64,000 nucleotides of DNA from Terriglobia bacterium. Its GTDB lineage: Bacteria; Acidobacteriota; Terriglobia; Terriglobales; Acidobacteriaceae. Both the position numbers and the translations under genes were made by a program. Location of the stretch: assembly GCA_963748935.1 (NCBI GenBank), contig CAVVLA010000002.1:14113-78112 (forward strand). Direction: 5' to 3'. Within the stretch, counting starts at the first letter, position 1. The number at the start of each line of letters is the position of its first letter. Below the pieces are notes generated by a model. The model made no database searches, was not told where the DNA came from, and saw nothing but the letters and a program-made list of their open reading frames with translations. Shown in pieces: positions 25,977 to 34,937 of the stretch.

Positions 25977-26011
25977 GCAATATTAATATTGCAATATGCT
26001 ATATTTGTCAA
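25977..26011 (-). promoter_or_regulatory. putative sigma70 promoter with overlapping 16-bp perfect palindrome GCAATATTAATATTGC
   Basis: On the minus strand: TTGACA (26006-26011), a 17-nt spacer, then TATTAA (25983-25988). The palindrome at 25977-25992 covers the -10, 12 nt upstream of the HTH gene ATG. Confidence 0.5.
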
Positions 26012-26162
26012 GACGGCAATCTGTACTGTCTCCAGCGACTTGCGGCTAAAAAAAGCTCAGAAAAATGGAGGACTCAGAACTTCTAGTGGGGACGTGGGGT
26101 CGAGTGGCAACCGGAACTTGTTGCCTTCGGGATCGTAGACGGCCTTTCCCTTAGTCGGCATT

Positions 26163-26187
26163 GCACGAGCGGGGCGCTCGCGCTTAC
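26163..26187. repeat. REP-like hairpin GCACGAGCG-GGG-CGCTCGCGC-TTAC
   Basis: Seen directly. Member of the GCGAGCG stem family. Confidence 0.75.
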
Positions 26188-26195
26188 GTAAACAA

Positions 26196-26228
26196 AGACG
26201 CCTCCGCTTGGGGAGGCGTCTTTCTTTC
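26196..26228 (-). terminator. intrinsic terminator-like hairpin (bidirectional)
   Basis: 10-bp perfect stem AGACGCCTCC/GGAGGCGTCT. Flanked by TTTGTTT on the minus strand and TTTCTTTCT on the plus strand. Lies 17 nt downstream of the 26245-26844 gene. Confidence 0.7.
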
Positions 26229-26244
26229 TCTCTGCGATGCAGTT

Positions 26245-26844
26245 TTACTGTACCCGCCCGTTGTGCTTCTTGCGATAGATCGCTCGCGAGGTGCGATCTT
26301 CCTGGCGGTTGACTTGCCGGCGTTCGGCCGCGGTCAAAGTACCACCGTTGGCGGCGCGGTCGTTGTGTACTTCGCGGTTAATCCTGGATTCGCGTCCTTC
26401 CAGGCGGGCGGTCTCACCAGAGGTCAACTGGCCGCTCTTCACACCTTGCGCGATTCTTTCCTGCTGTAGGCGTTCCCGCTGTCCTACTTCGCTTTTGGGA
26501 TTCACGTTCTGGACCTGAGCATCGTGCTTTTGCTTGTAAATGTCCTGGGAGAGCTTGTTCTGCTGCTGGTTCAAGGTAGCGCGGTCGGCTGTCGTCAGAT
26601 GGCCATTATCCAGTTTGCGCATGTCGCGCTCTTCCTGGTTCAGCTCTGTCTCTTTCTTTTCCAGATGCTTGGTTTCGCCCGCAGTCAACTGGCCGTCCTG
26701 GATGCCGTTGGCAATTCGATCTTGCTGATTCTCTTTGCGCTGGTTGATGGTGGGTGAAGTGGTGTTTGTCTGCGCCACCGCCGCCGGCAGCATCAGGCCC
26801 GCGATTGCAGCGGTGAGGATAAAGCTTTTATATTGTGCCTTCAT
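26245..26844 (-). CDS. secreted repeat protein, 2 x ~80-aa units with G-x-LT-x-x-E/D motifs (Spy/CpxP-like LTxxQ flavour)
   Basis: Signal peptide MKAQYKSFILTAAIAGLMLPAAVAQ. The two halves align (QQDRIANGIQDGQLTAGETKHLE... / QQERIAQGVKSGQLTSGETARLE...). Highly charged and helical. Confidence 0.75.
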   Translation of the reverse strand: MKAQYKSFILTAAIAGLMLPAAVAQTNTTSPTINQRKENQQDRIANGIQDGQLTAGETKHLEKKETELNQEERDMRKLDNGHLTTADRATLNQQQNKLSQDIYKQKHDAQVQNVNPKSEVGQRERLQQERIAQGVKSGQLTSGETARLEGRESRINREVHNDRAANGGTLTAAERRQVNRQEDRTSRAIYRKKHNGRVQ

Positions 26845-26999
26845 ATCATCTCCCCTACTACCTTAGTTAATTCCTTACCCGTTTTTCGGGCCACTTCCTT
26901 TAACACCAGGTGCTGGGGATTGTTGCGCGGAATCGCGAAAATCTTGAGGTGCAAGAGATTGCCTAGGATTACTAAAGTCGGTGTACTAAATCGAATGAG

Positions 27000-27857
27000 T
27001 TACAGGCCTACTTCAATTCGCGACCGAGGATCAAGAAAGTCGCGTAGGGCGTCGCCGATGAAATTGAACGAGAGTACTGCGAGCATCACCGCGAGTGCGG
27101 GAAAGAGCACCAGGTGGGGAGCATCGAACAAGTGGGCGCGGCCATCGTTGAGCATGGCACCCCAACTGGCCGTGGGGGGAGCTACGCCTAAGCCGAGAAA
27201 GCTCATGGTGGCTTCGGCGAGGATGGCGCCAGCCATGCCGATTGCGGCCTGCACGATTACGGGCTGAATAATGTTGGGAAGAATATGGCGCAGGATGACG
27301 CGCAGATCACTTGCACCCAGGGCTCGCGCAGCGTCGACAAACTCGCGTTCGCGCGCGGCCAGCACCTGGGCCCGCACCAGGCGGGCGTAGCCTACCCATC
27401 CCCCGAGCGAGAGGGCCAGCACCAGGTTGAAAATTCCAGGGCCGCGGAACGCAACGAAAGCGATCGCCAGCAGAATTCCAGGGAAGGAAAGAAATGCATT
27501 CATTACTACGACGTTCACGAAGCGATCGATGTTGCCGCCATAGTATCCGGCAATCGATCCCACGATCAGTCCGAGGGCGAGGGAGACTACGACCACCGAG
27601 CTTCCAACTAGCATTGAAATCCGCGAGCCGTAGATGAGCCGGGAGAATATGTCTCGGCCCAGTTCATCCGTGCCACACCAATGGGCGGAGGAAGGAGGAG
27701 AAAGTCGCGTGGGCAGATCGATGTAAGCGGGATCCTGGGGAGCGATCCACGGCGCAAACAGAGCGAAGATCACGAATATTACGACCAGCACGGCGCCGGT
27801 GGTGGCCAGCGGGTTGTGCCGGGCGGCGCGGGGCAGCGAAATGGAAAGGGTGGACAA
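27000..27857 (-). CDS. ABC transporter permease, DppC/OppC type
   Basis: 285 aa, six TM helices, EAA-loop region (ARALGASDLRVILRHILPN). Confidence 0.88.
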   Translation of the reverse strand: MSTLSISLPRAARHNPLATTGAVLVVIFVIFALFAPWIAPQDPAYIDLPTRLSPPSSAHWCGTDELGRDIFSRLIYGSRISMLVGSSVVVVSLALGLIVGSIAGYYGGNIDRFVNVVVMNAFLSFPGILLAIAFVAFRGPGIFNLVLALSLGGWVGYARLVRAQVLAAREREFVDAARALGASDLRVILRHILPNIIQPVIVQAAIGMAGAILAEATMSFLGLGVAPPTASWGAMLNDGRAHLFDAPHLVLFPALAVMLAVLSFNFIGDALRDFLDPRSRIEVGL

Positions 27858-27884
27858 GGTTTAGAATCCAAACTTCACGATAGC

Positions 27885-27979
27885 GTAGCGCCGGCATCTT
27901 GCCGGCTGGCTCGTGGGATTCTGCCCCCCCGGCGACGGGCGAGACGCCCGCCGGACAGCCGGCGGGACGCCGGCGCTAC
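27885..27979. repeat. REP cluster in the intercistronic gap: inverted outer REPs (GTAGCGCCGGC-ATCTT-GCCGGCTGG / CAGCCGGCG-GGA-CGCCGGCGCTAC) plus an inner hairpin
   Basis: Hairpins at 27885-27909, 27937-27949 and 27956-27979. The last two match 4338-4379. Confidence 0.8.
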
Positions 27980-27985
27980 GTTGCG

Positions 27986-28903
27986 TCACTGCCTGATCCT
28001 CGGGTTCACCGCCGAATACAGCAGATCAGTCAGGAAATTCACCGCCACGTAGGTTAAGCCAATCGCCAGAATGCATCCCTGCACCAGGTAATAGTCGCGA
28101 TTGGAAATGGCCTGAATGGTCAGGCGGCCAATTCCAGGCCAGGAGAAAATAGTTTCGGTCACGATGGCGCCGGCCAGCAGCGCGCCGAATTGCAACCCCA
28201 GTACAGTAATTACCGGGATCATCGCGTTGCGCAGCGCATGACCATAGACCACGGTCCGCTCGCACAATCCTTTAGCGCGAGCGGTGCGAATATAGTCCTG
28301 GCCCAACTCCTCAAGCATGGAAGTGCGGACCATGCGCGTGAGAATGGCGGCTAACGCGCCGCCCATAGTGATCGCGGGGAGTACGAGATGGGCGACGCTG
28401 CCCGAACCCGAGACCGGCAGCCATCCCAGGTAGATGGCAAACAATAATATGAGTATGGGACCGAGAGCAAAATTAGGAAACGACAAACCGAACAGGCTGA
28501 CCACACTGAGCAGGCGGTCGTCCCAGCGATTGCGCCGTTGCGCCGAGCGCACTCCAGCTGGAACCGAAAGCAAGATCGCGACTACCAATGCCGCGAGTGT
28601 CAGTTGCAGCGTATAGGGGTAGCGCTGCGCGATCAGGCGAGTTACGCTTTGATTAAATCGCAGAGATGGGCCCAGATCGCCGCGTAGTACGCCCTCCCAG
28701 TAGTTCAGATATTGGCGGCCGAGGGAAAGATCGAGTCCGTAAGCGTGTCGGGCAGCCTGCACATCGGTTACAGGAGCACCTTCTCCCAGCATTTGCAGGA
28801 TGGGATCGCCAGGGACGAGGTGGATCAGAACGAAGACCAGTGAAACTACCAGCCAAACGACCGGCAGCGTGTATAGCAGGCGGAGGGAGAGATAGCGGAG
28901 CAT
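27986..28903 (-). CDS. ABC transporter permease, DppB/OppB type
   Basis: 305 aa. MLRYLSLRLLYTLPVVW N-terminus and EAA loop (YIRTARAKGL). Confidence 0.88.
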   Translation of the reverse strand: MLRYLSLRLLYTLPVVWLVVSLVFVLIHLVPGDPILQMLGEGAPVTDVQAARHAYGLDLSLGRQYLNYWEGVLRGDLGPSLRFNQSVTRLIAQRYPYTLQLTLAALVVAILLSVPAGVRSAQRRNRWDDRLLSVVSLFGLSFPNFALGPILILLFAIYLGWLPVSGSGSVAHLVLPAITMGGALAAILTRMVRTSMLEELGQDYIRTARAKGLCERTVVYGHALRNAMIPVITVLGLQFGALLAGAIVTETIFSWPGIGRLTIQAISNRDYYLVQGCILAIGLTYVAVNFLTDLLYSAVNPRIRQ

Positions 28904-29053
28904 CAGTCGTTTACGGTCGGCAGTCCCATTGCTCTTCTTACTACCAACCTCAGAGTTACTTTCAACCTCAGAGTCAATCTCTGCATTTTCGGGCTTTCCT
29001 CTTTCGTTGGGTAACTTTCTCGGCCACAGTTTTCAGTTCCTGGTTCTCAGATC

Positions 29054-30424
29054 TCAGTCGCCGGTTTGGGCTACCGCTTTGGACTCCAGTTTTTCGATTT
29101 TTACTTTCGCGATGCGGTGGCCTTCAATCTCTTGCACCGTAAAGCGGTGGCCTTCGTACTCGAAGCTATCGCCTTGTCTTGGAATCCTCTGGAGACGGGC
29201 CAGGATAAAGCCGGCCAGAGTCTCGAAGCCGGAATCGTGTGGCAGCAAAAGCTGGTACTGTGATTCGAGATCGCGGATGCTGACTGACCCCTCCAGCACA
29301 ACCGCAATCTTCCCTTCGGTGAGAGCCTGCTGGGGTGGGGCCACATCAAATTCGTCTTCGATTTCACCGACAATCTGCTCCAGAACATCTTCGACCGTGA
29401 TTACCCCCGCGGTCGATCCGAATTCGTCCACTACTACAGCCAGGTGCCGTTTGCGTTGTTTGAACTCTTCCAGCAATTCAGTAAGGACTTTGGTTTCGGG
29501 AACCACCAGCACATCATGCATGATCTGGCTGATCTTCATGGCCGAGACGCGAGTGGCGACCAGTTGGTCGGAAGTGGCAGTGAGGCGAAGACGCGTCCAC
29601 CGCATCAGGTCCTTGGCGTAGAGCACTCCAATAATATGCTCGGGACCGCGCTGTGGATCGTATACGGGAACCCGGGAGTGCTGCTCTTCGACCACCCGGC
29701 TCAGGGCATCAGAGAGGGTCATATCACCTGGCAGCGAGAAAATCTTGGGACGCGGCACCATGACCTCGCGCACGGCGACGTTATCCAGCTCCAACGCCTT
29801 GTGAATCATCTCCTCCTGGAATGGCGGAATCTCGCCGAATTGGCGGCTGGCGGTCACGATCAGTTTGAGCTCGTCGGGCGAGTGCACCGGCCCTTCTCGG
29901 ATGCGGCGCGAACCAAATATACGCAGGACCCAGCCTGCGGACCGGCTCATCACGAAGAGGAGGGGACGGGTCAGAGTAAGAAAGACATCCATCGGGGCGG
30001 CGACCGCAAGCGCCACCTGCTCGGCGCGCTGTAACGCCAGCGACTTGGGCACCAGCTCGCCCAGGATGACGTGCAGGAAGGTGATCAGGATGAAGGAAAC
30101 GATGATCGCGATGCCGTGAGCGTAAACCGAGGCATGGGGCAGATCCTGCACCGGTCCCAGCATCATCTGGGCGAGCAACGGTTCTCCCACCCAGCCCAGG
30201 GTCAAGCTGACGATGGTGACGCCCAATTGCACCCCGTTAACCACCTCGTCGAGGTTGCGGTGCAGTCTCTGGACGATGCGGGCGCCGATTCGACGGGCGT
30301 CAACCAGTTGCTGGATGCGGGTGTCACGCACGCTCACCAGGGAGAATTCGGCCGCCGCGAAGAATGCGTTCGCTGCTACCAGCAGCAGTAGCAGGAAAAC
30401 CCGCAGCAGCACGTAGGCAATCAT
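29054..30424 (-). CDS. CNNM/HlyC-CorC family transporter (DUF21-CBS-CorC_HlyC)
   Basis: 456 aa. N-terminal DUF21 TM domain (AAEFSLVS), a CBS pair, and a C-terminal CorC_HlyC domain. Confidence 0.88.
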   Translation of the reverse strand: MIAYVLLRVFLLLLLVAANAFFAAAEFSLVSVRDTRIQQLVDARRIGARIVQRLHRNLDEVVNGVQLGVTIVSLTLGWVGEPLLAQMMLGPVQDLPHASVYAHGIAIIVSFILITFLHVILGELVPKSLALQRAEQVALAVAAPMDVFLTLTRPLLFVMSRSAGWVLRIFGSRRIREGPVHSPDELKLIVTASRQFGEIPPFQEEMIHKALELDNVAVREVMVPRPKIFSLPGDMTLSDALSRVVEEQHSRVPVYDPQRGPEHIIGVLYAKDLMRWTRLRLTATSDQLVATRVSAMKISQIMHDVLVVPETKVLTELLEEFKQRKRHLAVVVDEFGSTAGVITVEDVLEQIVGEIEDEFDVAPPQQALTEGKIAVVLEGSVSIRDLESQYQLLLPHDSGFETLAGFILARLQRIPRQGDSFEYEGHRFTVQEIEGHRIAKVKIEKLESKAVAQTGD

Positions 30425-30686
30425 GGAACGCTAATTCTAACATTCCAAAGAGTTACAACCTGGCTTGGGCTGCTAACCTCTTGTAGAATCAGGGTTATCT
30501 TCATTCGTGGCTTCGCGATTCCTGGAAATTCCTGCTTCCATTTCAAGAGTTGGCGGGTCTAACAGGCGAGACTTCGGTTGATGGGATGTTTGAAATTGCT
30601 GGTTCGGCTTGGGGATTGTGGGAACAAACTGCAAGCACGGCTCGTAACTAACAACGACGCGAGCATTATCTATTCAGGAGGCAGAT

Positions 30687-31898
30687 GTGAACGGGAACGG
30701 CAGCGGCAAGAAGCGACGAAAACGGCTTATCTATGGCGGTATCGCACTTGGGCTTGTCCTGCTGATCGCTGGCGGGCTGATTGCGGCCACGCGCGGAGGC
30801 ACCAAGATTGACCCGTCCAAGCTGCAGAAGGTAGAAAAGGGCGACCTGGCAAAGAGTGTGGTCGCTACCGGAAAAGTCACCCCCATCACGAAGGTTGAAG
30901 TGAAGTCCAAAGCCAGCGGAATCGTGAAGAAGCTGCTGGTGGACTCTGGCGACAAAGTCAAGAAGGGCCAGCTCTTGGCTCAGTTAGATAAAGAAGAAAT
31001 TGAAGCCCAAGTCGAGCAATCTCGAGCCGCTGTGCAAGCTGCCGAAGCCAGTCTGTCCAGTTCCGAAGCCGACTATGAACGGGCCAAAGTTGATGCCGAA
31101 GGACCGGACGTCCCTCTTCTCAAACGAGCCTATGAGCGCGCGATCGGAATGGCTAAGGAAGGCGTGGTATCCACTTCTGCTCTGGAAGACGCCGAGAAGA
31201 ACTACGAGCTGGCCTTGAACAAGCAGAATGTGTCGAAGGCGCAAGTCACCGTCCTGAAGGCGAAGATCGCCCAGTCCCAGGGACAGCTTGGGCAGGACCG
31301 CGCTAACCTCAAACAGCTCGAAGAACAGTTGAGCTATACCGACATCGAATCCCCGATTGACGGTGTGGTCTTGTCCCGGGATGTGGAAATGGGCGACGCG
31401 GTGAGCTCGATCCTGGTCCTGGGCTCTTCCGCCACGCTGGTTATGACACTGGGCGATACCAGCTCGGTTTACGTGAAGGGCAAGGTCGATGAGAGCGACA
31501 TCGGCAAGGTCTATCTGGGGCAGCCCGCGCGAATCAAGGTCGAGTCGTTCAAGGACAAGACCTTCAATGGCGTGGTTACCAAGATCTCGCCGATGGGCGT
31601 CGAGAAGGACAACGTCACTACCTTCGAAGTTCGCGTGTCGATCAATAACCCCGGCGGCGAATTGAAAGCGGAGATGACCGCCAACGCTGAAGTCATTCTG
31701 GAAGAGCATAAGAACGTGTTGCAGATTCCGGAAGGGTCAATTATTTACGACAAGGACAAGAAGGCGTCTGTTGAAGTGCCGGACTCCAGTGGTAAGGACG
31801 GCAAAAAGAAGGTCGCGGTTAATATCGGGATCTCCAACGGCGCCAAGACCGAACTCCTCAGCGGTCTGAAAGAAGGCGACCAGGTCGTACTGCAGTGA
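30687..31898 (+). CDS. efflux transporter periplasmic adaptor subunit (HlyD/MacA-like)
   Basis: N-terminal TM anchor, lipoyl/hairpin/beta-barrel pattern (VVATGKVTPITKVEVKSKASGIV...). GTG start with GGAGG SD. Confidence 0.85.
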   Translation: MNGNGSGKKRRKRLIYGGIALGLVLLIAGGLIAATRGGTKIDPSKLQKVEKGDLAKSVVATGKVTPITKVEVKSKASGIVKKLLVDSGDKVKKGQLLAQLDKEEIEAQVEQSRAAVQAAEASLSSSEADYERAKVDAEGPDVPLLKRAYERAIGMAKEGVVSTSALEDAEKNYELALNKQNVSKAQVTVLKAKIAQSQGQLGQDRANLKQLEEQLSYTDIESPIDGVVLSRDVEMGDAVSSILVLGSSATLVMTLGDTSSVYVKGKVDESDIGKVYLGQPARIKVESFKDKTFNGVVTKISPMGVEKDNVTTFEVRVSINNPGGELKAEMTANAEVILEEHKNVLQIPEGSIIYDKDKKASVEVPDSSGKDGKKKVAVNIGISNGAKTELLSGLKEGDQVVLQ

Positions 31899-31952
31899 AG
31901 CTGACGGCGAGTGCCCGGGATTGTCGGGCGGAATAAACACACTGGAGAAATC

Positions 31953-32939
31953 ATGAAACTCCGAAATGGTTCCGCTTCTGTCCTGAGTGCGCTTGCGATT
32001 GCGGCACTGATTTGCCTTCAATCCCTGCCCGCGCTAGCTGCCGCTGAGGGTTCATTCCAGCGCACATTGCAGGTCACCGGCTCGGTAAACATGGACCTGA
32101 CGACGGGCTCGGGCAATGTCGAAGTTCGCACCGGCAGTTCCAGTCAGGTGCAGGTGACGGGACACATTCGAGCTTCGGAATGGTTCGGAGGAGATGTCGA
32201 GTCGAAGATAAAGCGTCTGGAAGACAACCCTCCGATTCAGCAGAGTGGAAACATCATCCGGATCGGCCACATCGATGATCCGGAGTTGCGTCACAACATT
32301 TCGATCAGCTACGTGGTGAGTGTTCCGGCGGAGACCGAACTCCGGGTTGAGAGCGGGTCGGGAAATCAGAGGGTTGAGGGGATTCGAGGTCCACTCGAGC
32401 TCAGTGCGGGCTCGGGCGGTCTCAAGATTTCTTCCATCGGCGACCGGGTCCATGCGGAGACGGGATCTGGCGATATCGAAATTGAGAGCGTGCAGGGCAA
32501 TGTGCACGCCAAGACGGGCAGCGGTTCGATTGAGGCGGAAGGGATCGCAGGCGGGTTTGAAGCCGACACCGGAAGTGGACACATCACCTTGCACCAGACC
32601 GCGCCCGGGTCGGTACGAGTGGACACCGGTTCCGGAGGCATGGAACTGCGCGGAGTCCATGGCTCACTCGATGCCAAGGCCGGCAGCGGCACTATTGAAG
32701 CTGAGGGCAATCCGACCGGAGCCTGGAATCTGCACACCGGTTCAGGCACGGTGCAGTTGAAAATCCCATCCAATGCGTCCTTCGATCTTGCCGCCCATAC
32801 CAGTTCCGGCTCGATTTCGGTGGACCAGCCGCACACCGTCCAGGGTTCGATCGGGCGAAAAGAGATACGCGGCAAAGTTGGTGGCGGCGGCGTCCCGGTA
32901 GAAGTTGAAACCGGATCGGGAGATATACAGATACAGTAG
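31953..32939 (+). CDS. DUF4097-type beta-helical repeat protein, secreted
   Basis: Signal peptide, then repeated TGSGNVEV / SGSGN / TGSGDIEI / TGSGSIEA units. ATG 31953 has a GGAG SD. Confidence 0.8.
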   Translation: MKLRNGSASVLSALAIAALICLQSLPALAAAEGSFQRTLQVTGSVNMDLTTGSGNVEVRTGSSSQVQVTGHIRASEWFGGDVESKIKRLEDNPPIQQSGNIIRIGHIDDPELRHNISISYVVSVPAETELRVESGSGNQRVEGIRGPLELSAGSGGLKISSIGDRVHAETGSGDIEIESVQGNVHAKTGSGSIEAEGIAGGFEADTGSGHITLHQTAPGSVRVDTGSGGMELRGVHGSLDAKAGSGTIEAEGNPTGAWNLHTGSGTVQLKIPSNASFDLAAHTSSGSISVDQPHTVQGSIGRKEIRGKVGGGGVPVEVETGSGDIQIQ

Positions 32940-33053
32940 CGGTCATTGGTCATTGGTCGTTGGTCCAGGGCAAGAAGGCCTAACGCCCTTCCCCATCCCA
33001 GCAGTTATCTCATTCCAGCCTCGTTCGTAGTAAGGTTGAATAGGAGCCGATTC

Positions 33054-33920
33054 ATGCGCTTGCGCGTCTTCGTCATTTTGGCAGCTTTTTGTGGCGCTCC
33101 AACCGTGTTCGCCCAGTCGGTTCCAGCGGCCATCTATACTGACCCGCCCGCCGATGCTGTGCATCCGGCAAAGATGACGGTACTGCACATCCCAACTCAC
33201 GGTGTGCTCATCAACGGCGTGATCTACCAGCCGGCGGGCGCCGGAGCTCACCCCACACTGGTCATTTGCCATGGCTTGCCCGGTAACGAAAAGAATCTCG
33301 ATCTCGCGCAGGCTGTCCGGCGCGCGGGCTGGAATGCCGTCGTGTTCAACTACCGCGGCTCATGGGGTAGTCCGGGTGCCTACCGCTTTACCCAGAATCT
33401 GGAGGATGCCGATGCCGTCCTCGCCTACCTGCGCGATCCGGCGACCTCCGCCCGCGTGGGGATCGATCCCAAACGAATTGCCATCGCCGGCCACAGTATG
33501 GGAGGCTGGGTGGTAGCGCACACGGCAGCTCACGATCACTTATTGATTGGCGCGATCCTGATTTCCGCGGGTGACATGGGCCATCTCGGCGAGGAACCGC
33601 GGGATCGCCTGGTGGCCGACATGGCGGACAACATGGAAGGTCTCTCAGGCGTTACTGCTCAGAGCATGGCCGACGAGGACCGGGCCAACGCCAAGGCGTT
33701 TCAAATGGACAACGCTACCGCCGGTCTTACCCAGACGCCGCTTCTGGTGCTGACCGCCGACGACGGGCTGGCGCCCGACAGCGACGCGCTGGTGCGCAGC
33801 ATTGAAGCCAAGGGCGGGCACAAGGTGACTGCCATTCATGTCGCCACCGACCATAGCTGGTCAGACCATCGCATCGCGCTGGAGAGCGCAATCATCATGT
33901 GGCTTGCCGGGCTGCAGTAG
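33054..33920 (+). CDS. alpha/beta hydrolase, secreted
   Basis: Signal peptide MRLRVFVILAAFCGAPTVFAQS. Nucleophile elbow GHSMGG. ATG 33054 has an AGGAG SD. Confidence 0.8.
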   Translation: MRLRVFVILAAFCGAPTVFAQSVPAAIYTDPPADAVHPAKMTVLHIPTHGVLINGVIYQPAGAGAHPTLVICHGLPGNEKNLDLAQAVRRAGWNAVVFNYRGSWGSPGAYRFTQNLEDADAVLAYLRDPATSARVGIDPKRIAIAGHSMGGWVVAHTAAHDHLLIGAILISAGDMGHLGEEPRDRLVADMADNMEGLSGVTAQSMADEDRANAKAFQMDNATAGLTQTPLLVLTADDGLAPDSDALVRSIEAKGGHKVTAIHVATDHSWSDHRIALESAIIMWLAGLQ

Positions 33921-34064
33921 TCCAGCCCGGACGGGTCAGCGTATTCGGCGCGCGATGATCGCCATCAACGTTGAGCGATCATTACCTCCGTACCTTGACT
34001 CAGCCCTTGAGGCCACGTTACTTTCGGCTTTCCAGGGAAAACTACGCCTGCGAACGAGGGAACA

Positions 34065-34895
34065 TTGGCACATCGTCCGATCATCACGCTGACCACCGAC
34101 TTTGGACTCAACGATCACTTCGTGGGTACTATCAAGGGTGTCATTCTCAATGTGGTTCCTGATGTTGAGATCGTGGATATTTCCCATTCCGTGCAAGCCT
34201 TCGATGTGCTGGATGGCGCGCTCACGATTGCCCAATCCTATTCCTACTTTCCCAGCGGAACTGTGCATCTGGTGGTGGTCGACCCCGGAGTAGGAACGGC
34301 GCGGCGGCCGATCCTGGTCACCAGCGACCGGCACCACTTCGTGGCGCCGGATAATGGCGTTCTTTCTCTGATCTATGGCAAAGAGGAGCGCCTGCACATC
34401 CGCCACATCACCGCCGAGCACTACTACCTGCAGCCGGTGAGCAAGACCTTTCATGCGCGCGATATTTTTTCTCCGGTCGCGGCCTGGCTGGCCAAGGGCG
34501 TCGATCCGGAAAAGTTCGGCGACGAGATCACCGATTTCGTTCGCTTCAACGCGCCCAAGCCGAAAGCTATCGACGGGAATACTTTGCGCGGAGTGGTACT
34601 GAGAGTGGACCGCTTTGGCAATCTGGTGACGAATATCACACCGGAAGATGCGCCCATGCTTTTTGCTTCCGAACCTGCTCCTTTCAAGATTCGCATCGGC
34701 AAGCATGAAGTTATCCAGATCCATTCCAATTACTCCGAGGGTGCTCCCGGCGAGGTATTCGGAATCCTGGGGAGTACGGGCTATCTGGAGATCGCCACTG
34801 ATCGCGGATCCGCGGCCAAGATTGTGGGAACTGGCAAGGGCACCGAGGTACTGATTTCACTTGCGGGCGCAGCCGCGGCGGGCAACGGGAACTAA
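34065..34895 (+). CDS. SAM hydrolase / SAM-dependent halogenase family protein (DUF62)
   Basis: ITLTTDFGLNDHFVGTIKGVI, VVVDPGVGTARRPI and APDNGVLS motifs. Confidence 0.88.
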   Translation: MAHRPIITLTTDFGLNDHFVGTIKGVILNVVPDVEIVDISHSVQAFDVLDGALTIAQSYSYFPSGTVHLVVVDPGVGTARRPILVTSDRHHFVAPDNGVLSLIYGKEERLHIRHITAEHYYLQPVSKTFHARDIFSPVAAWLAKGVDPEKFGDEITDFVRFNAPKPKAIDGNTLRGVVLRVDRFGNLVTNITPEDAPMLFASEPAPFKIRIGKHEVIQIHSNYSEGAPGEVFGILGSTGYLEIATDRGSAAKIVGTGKGTEVLISLAGAAAAGNGN

Positions 34896-34937
34896 AGCTG
34901 AGTCCTGAGCGGTTCGGGCTGGAAGTGGCTTACCGGC

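Noticed and set aside
27885-27979. CRISPR array among the recurring GC hairpins
   Set aside because: The repeats are not regularly spaced direct repeats with unique spacers. They occur singly or as inverted pairs scattered over the window, and no cas genes are present.
28945-28974. Direct repeat CAACCTCAGAGT x2 (18-nt period) upstream of dppB
   Set aside because: There are only two copies of a 12-mer, with no further copies noticed in the window. This is too little to interpret.
32942-32966. Idea that the 7-nt TGA-containing words (TGACCAA, TGACGAC, TGAGAAC on one strand) are three-frame stop-codon traps behind genes
   Set aside because: A 7-nt period would indeed put TGA in all three frames. 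But the TGA-bearing strand is not consistently the coding strand of the adjacent gene (for example at 32942-32966 and 38925-38978), so the hypothesis is not supported by this window.
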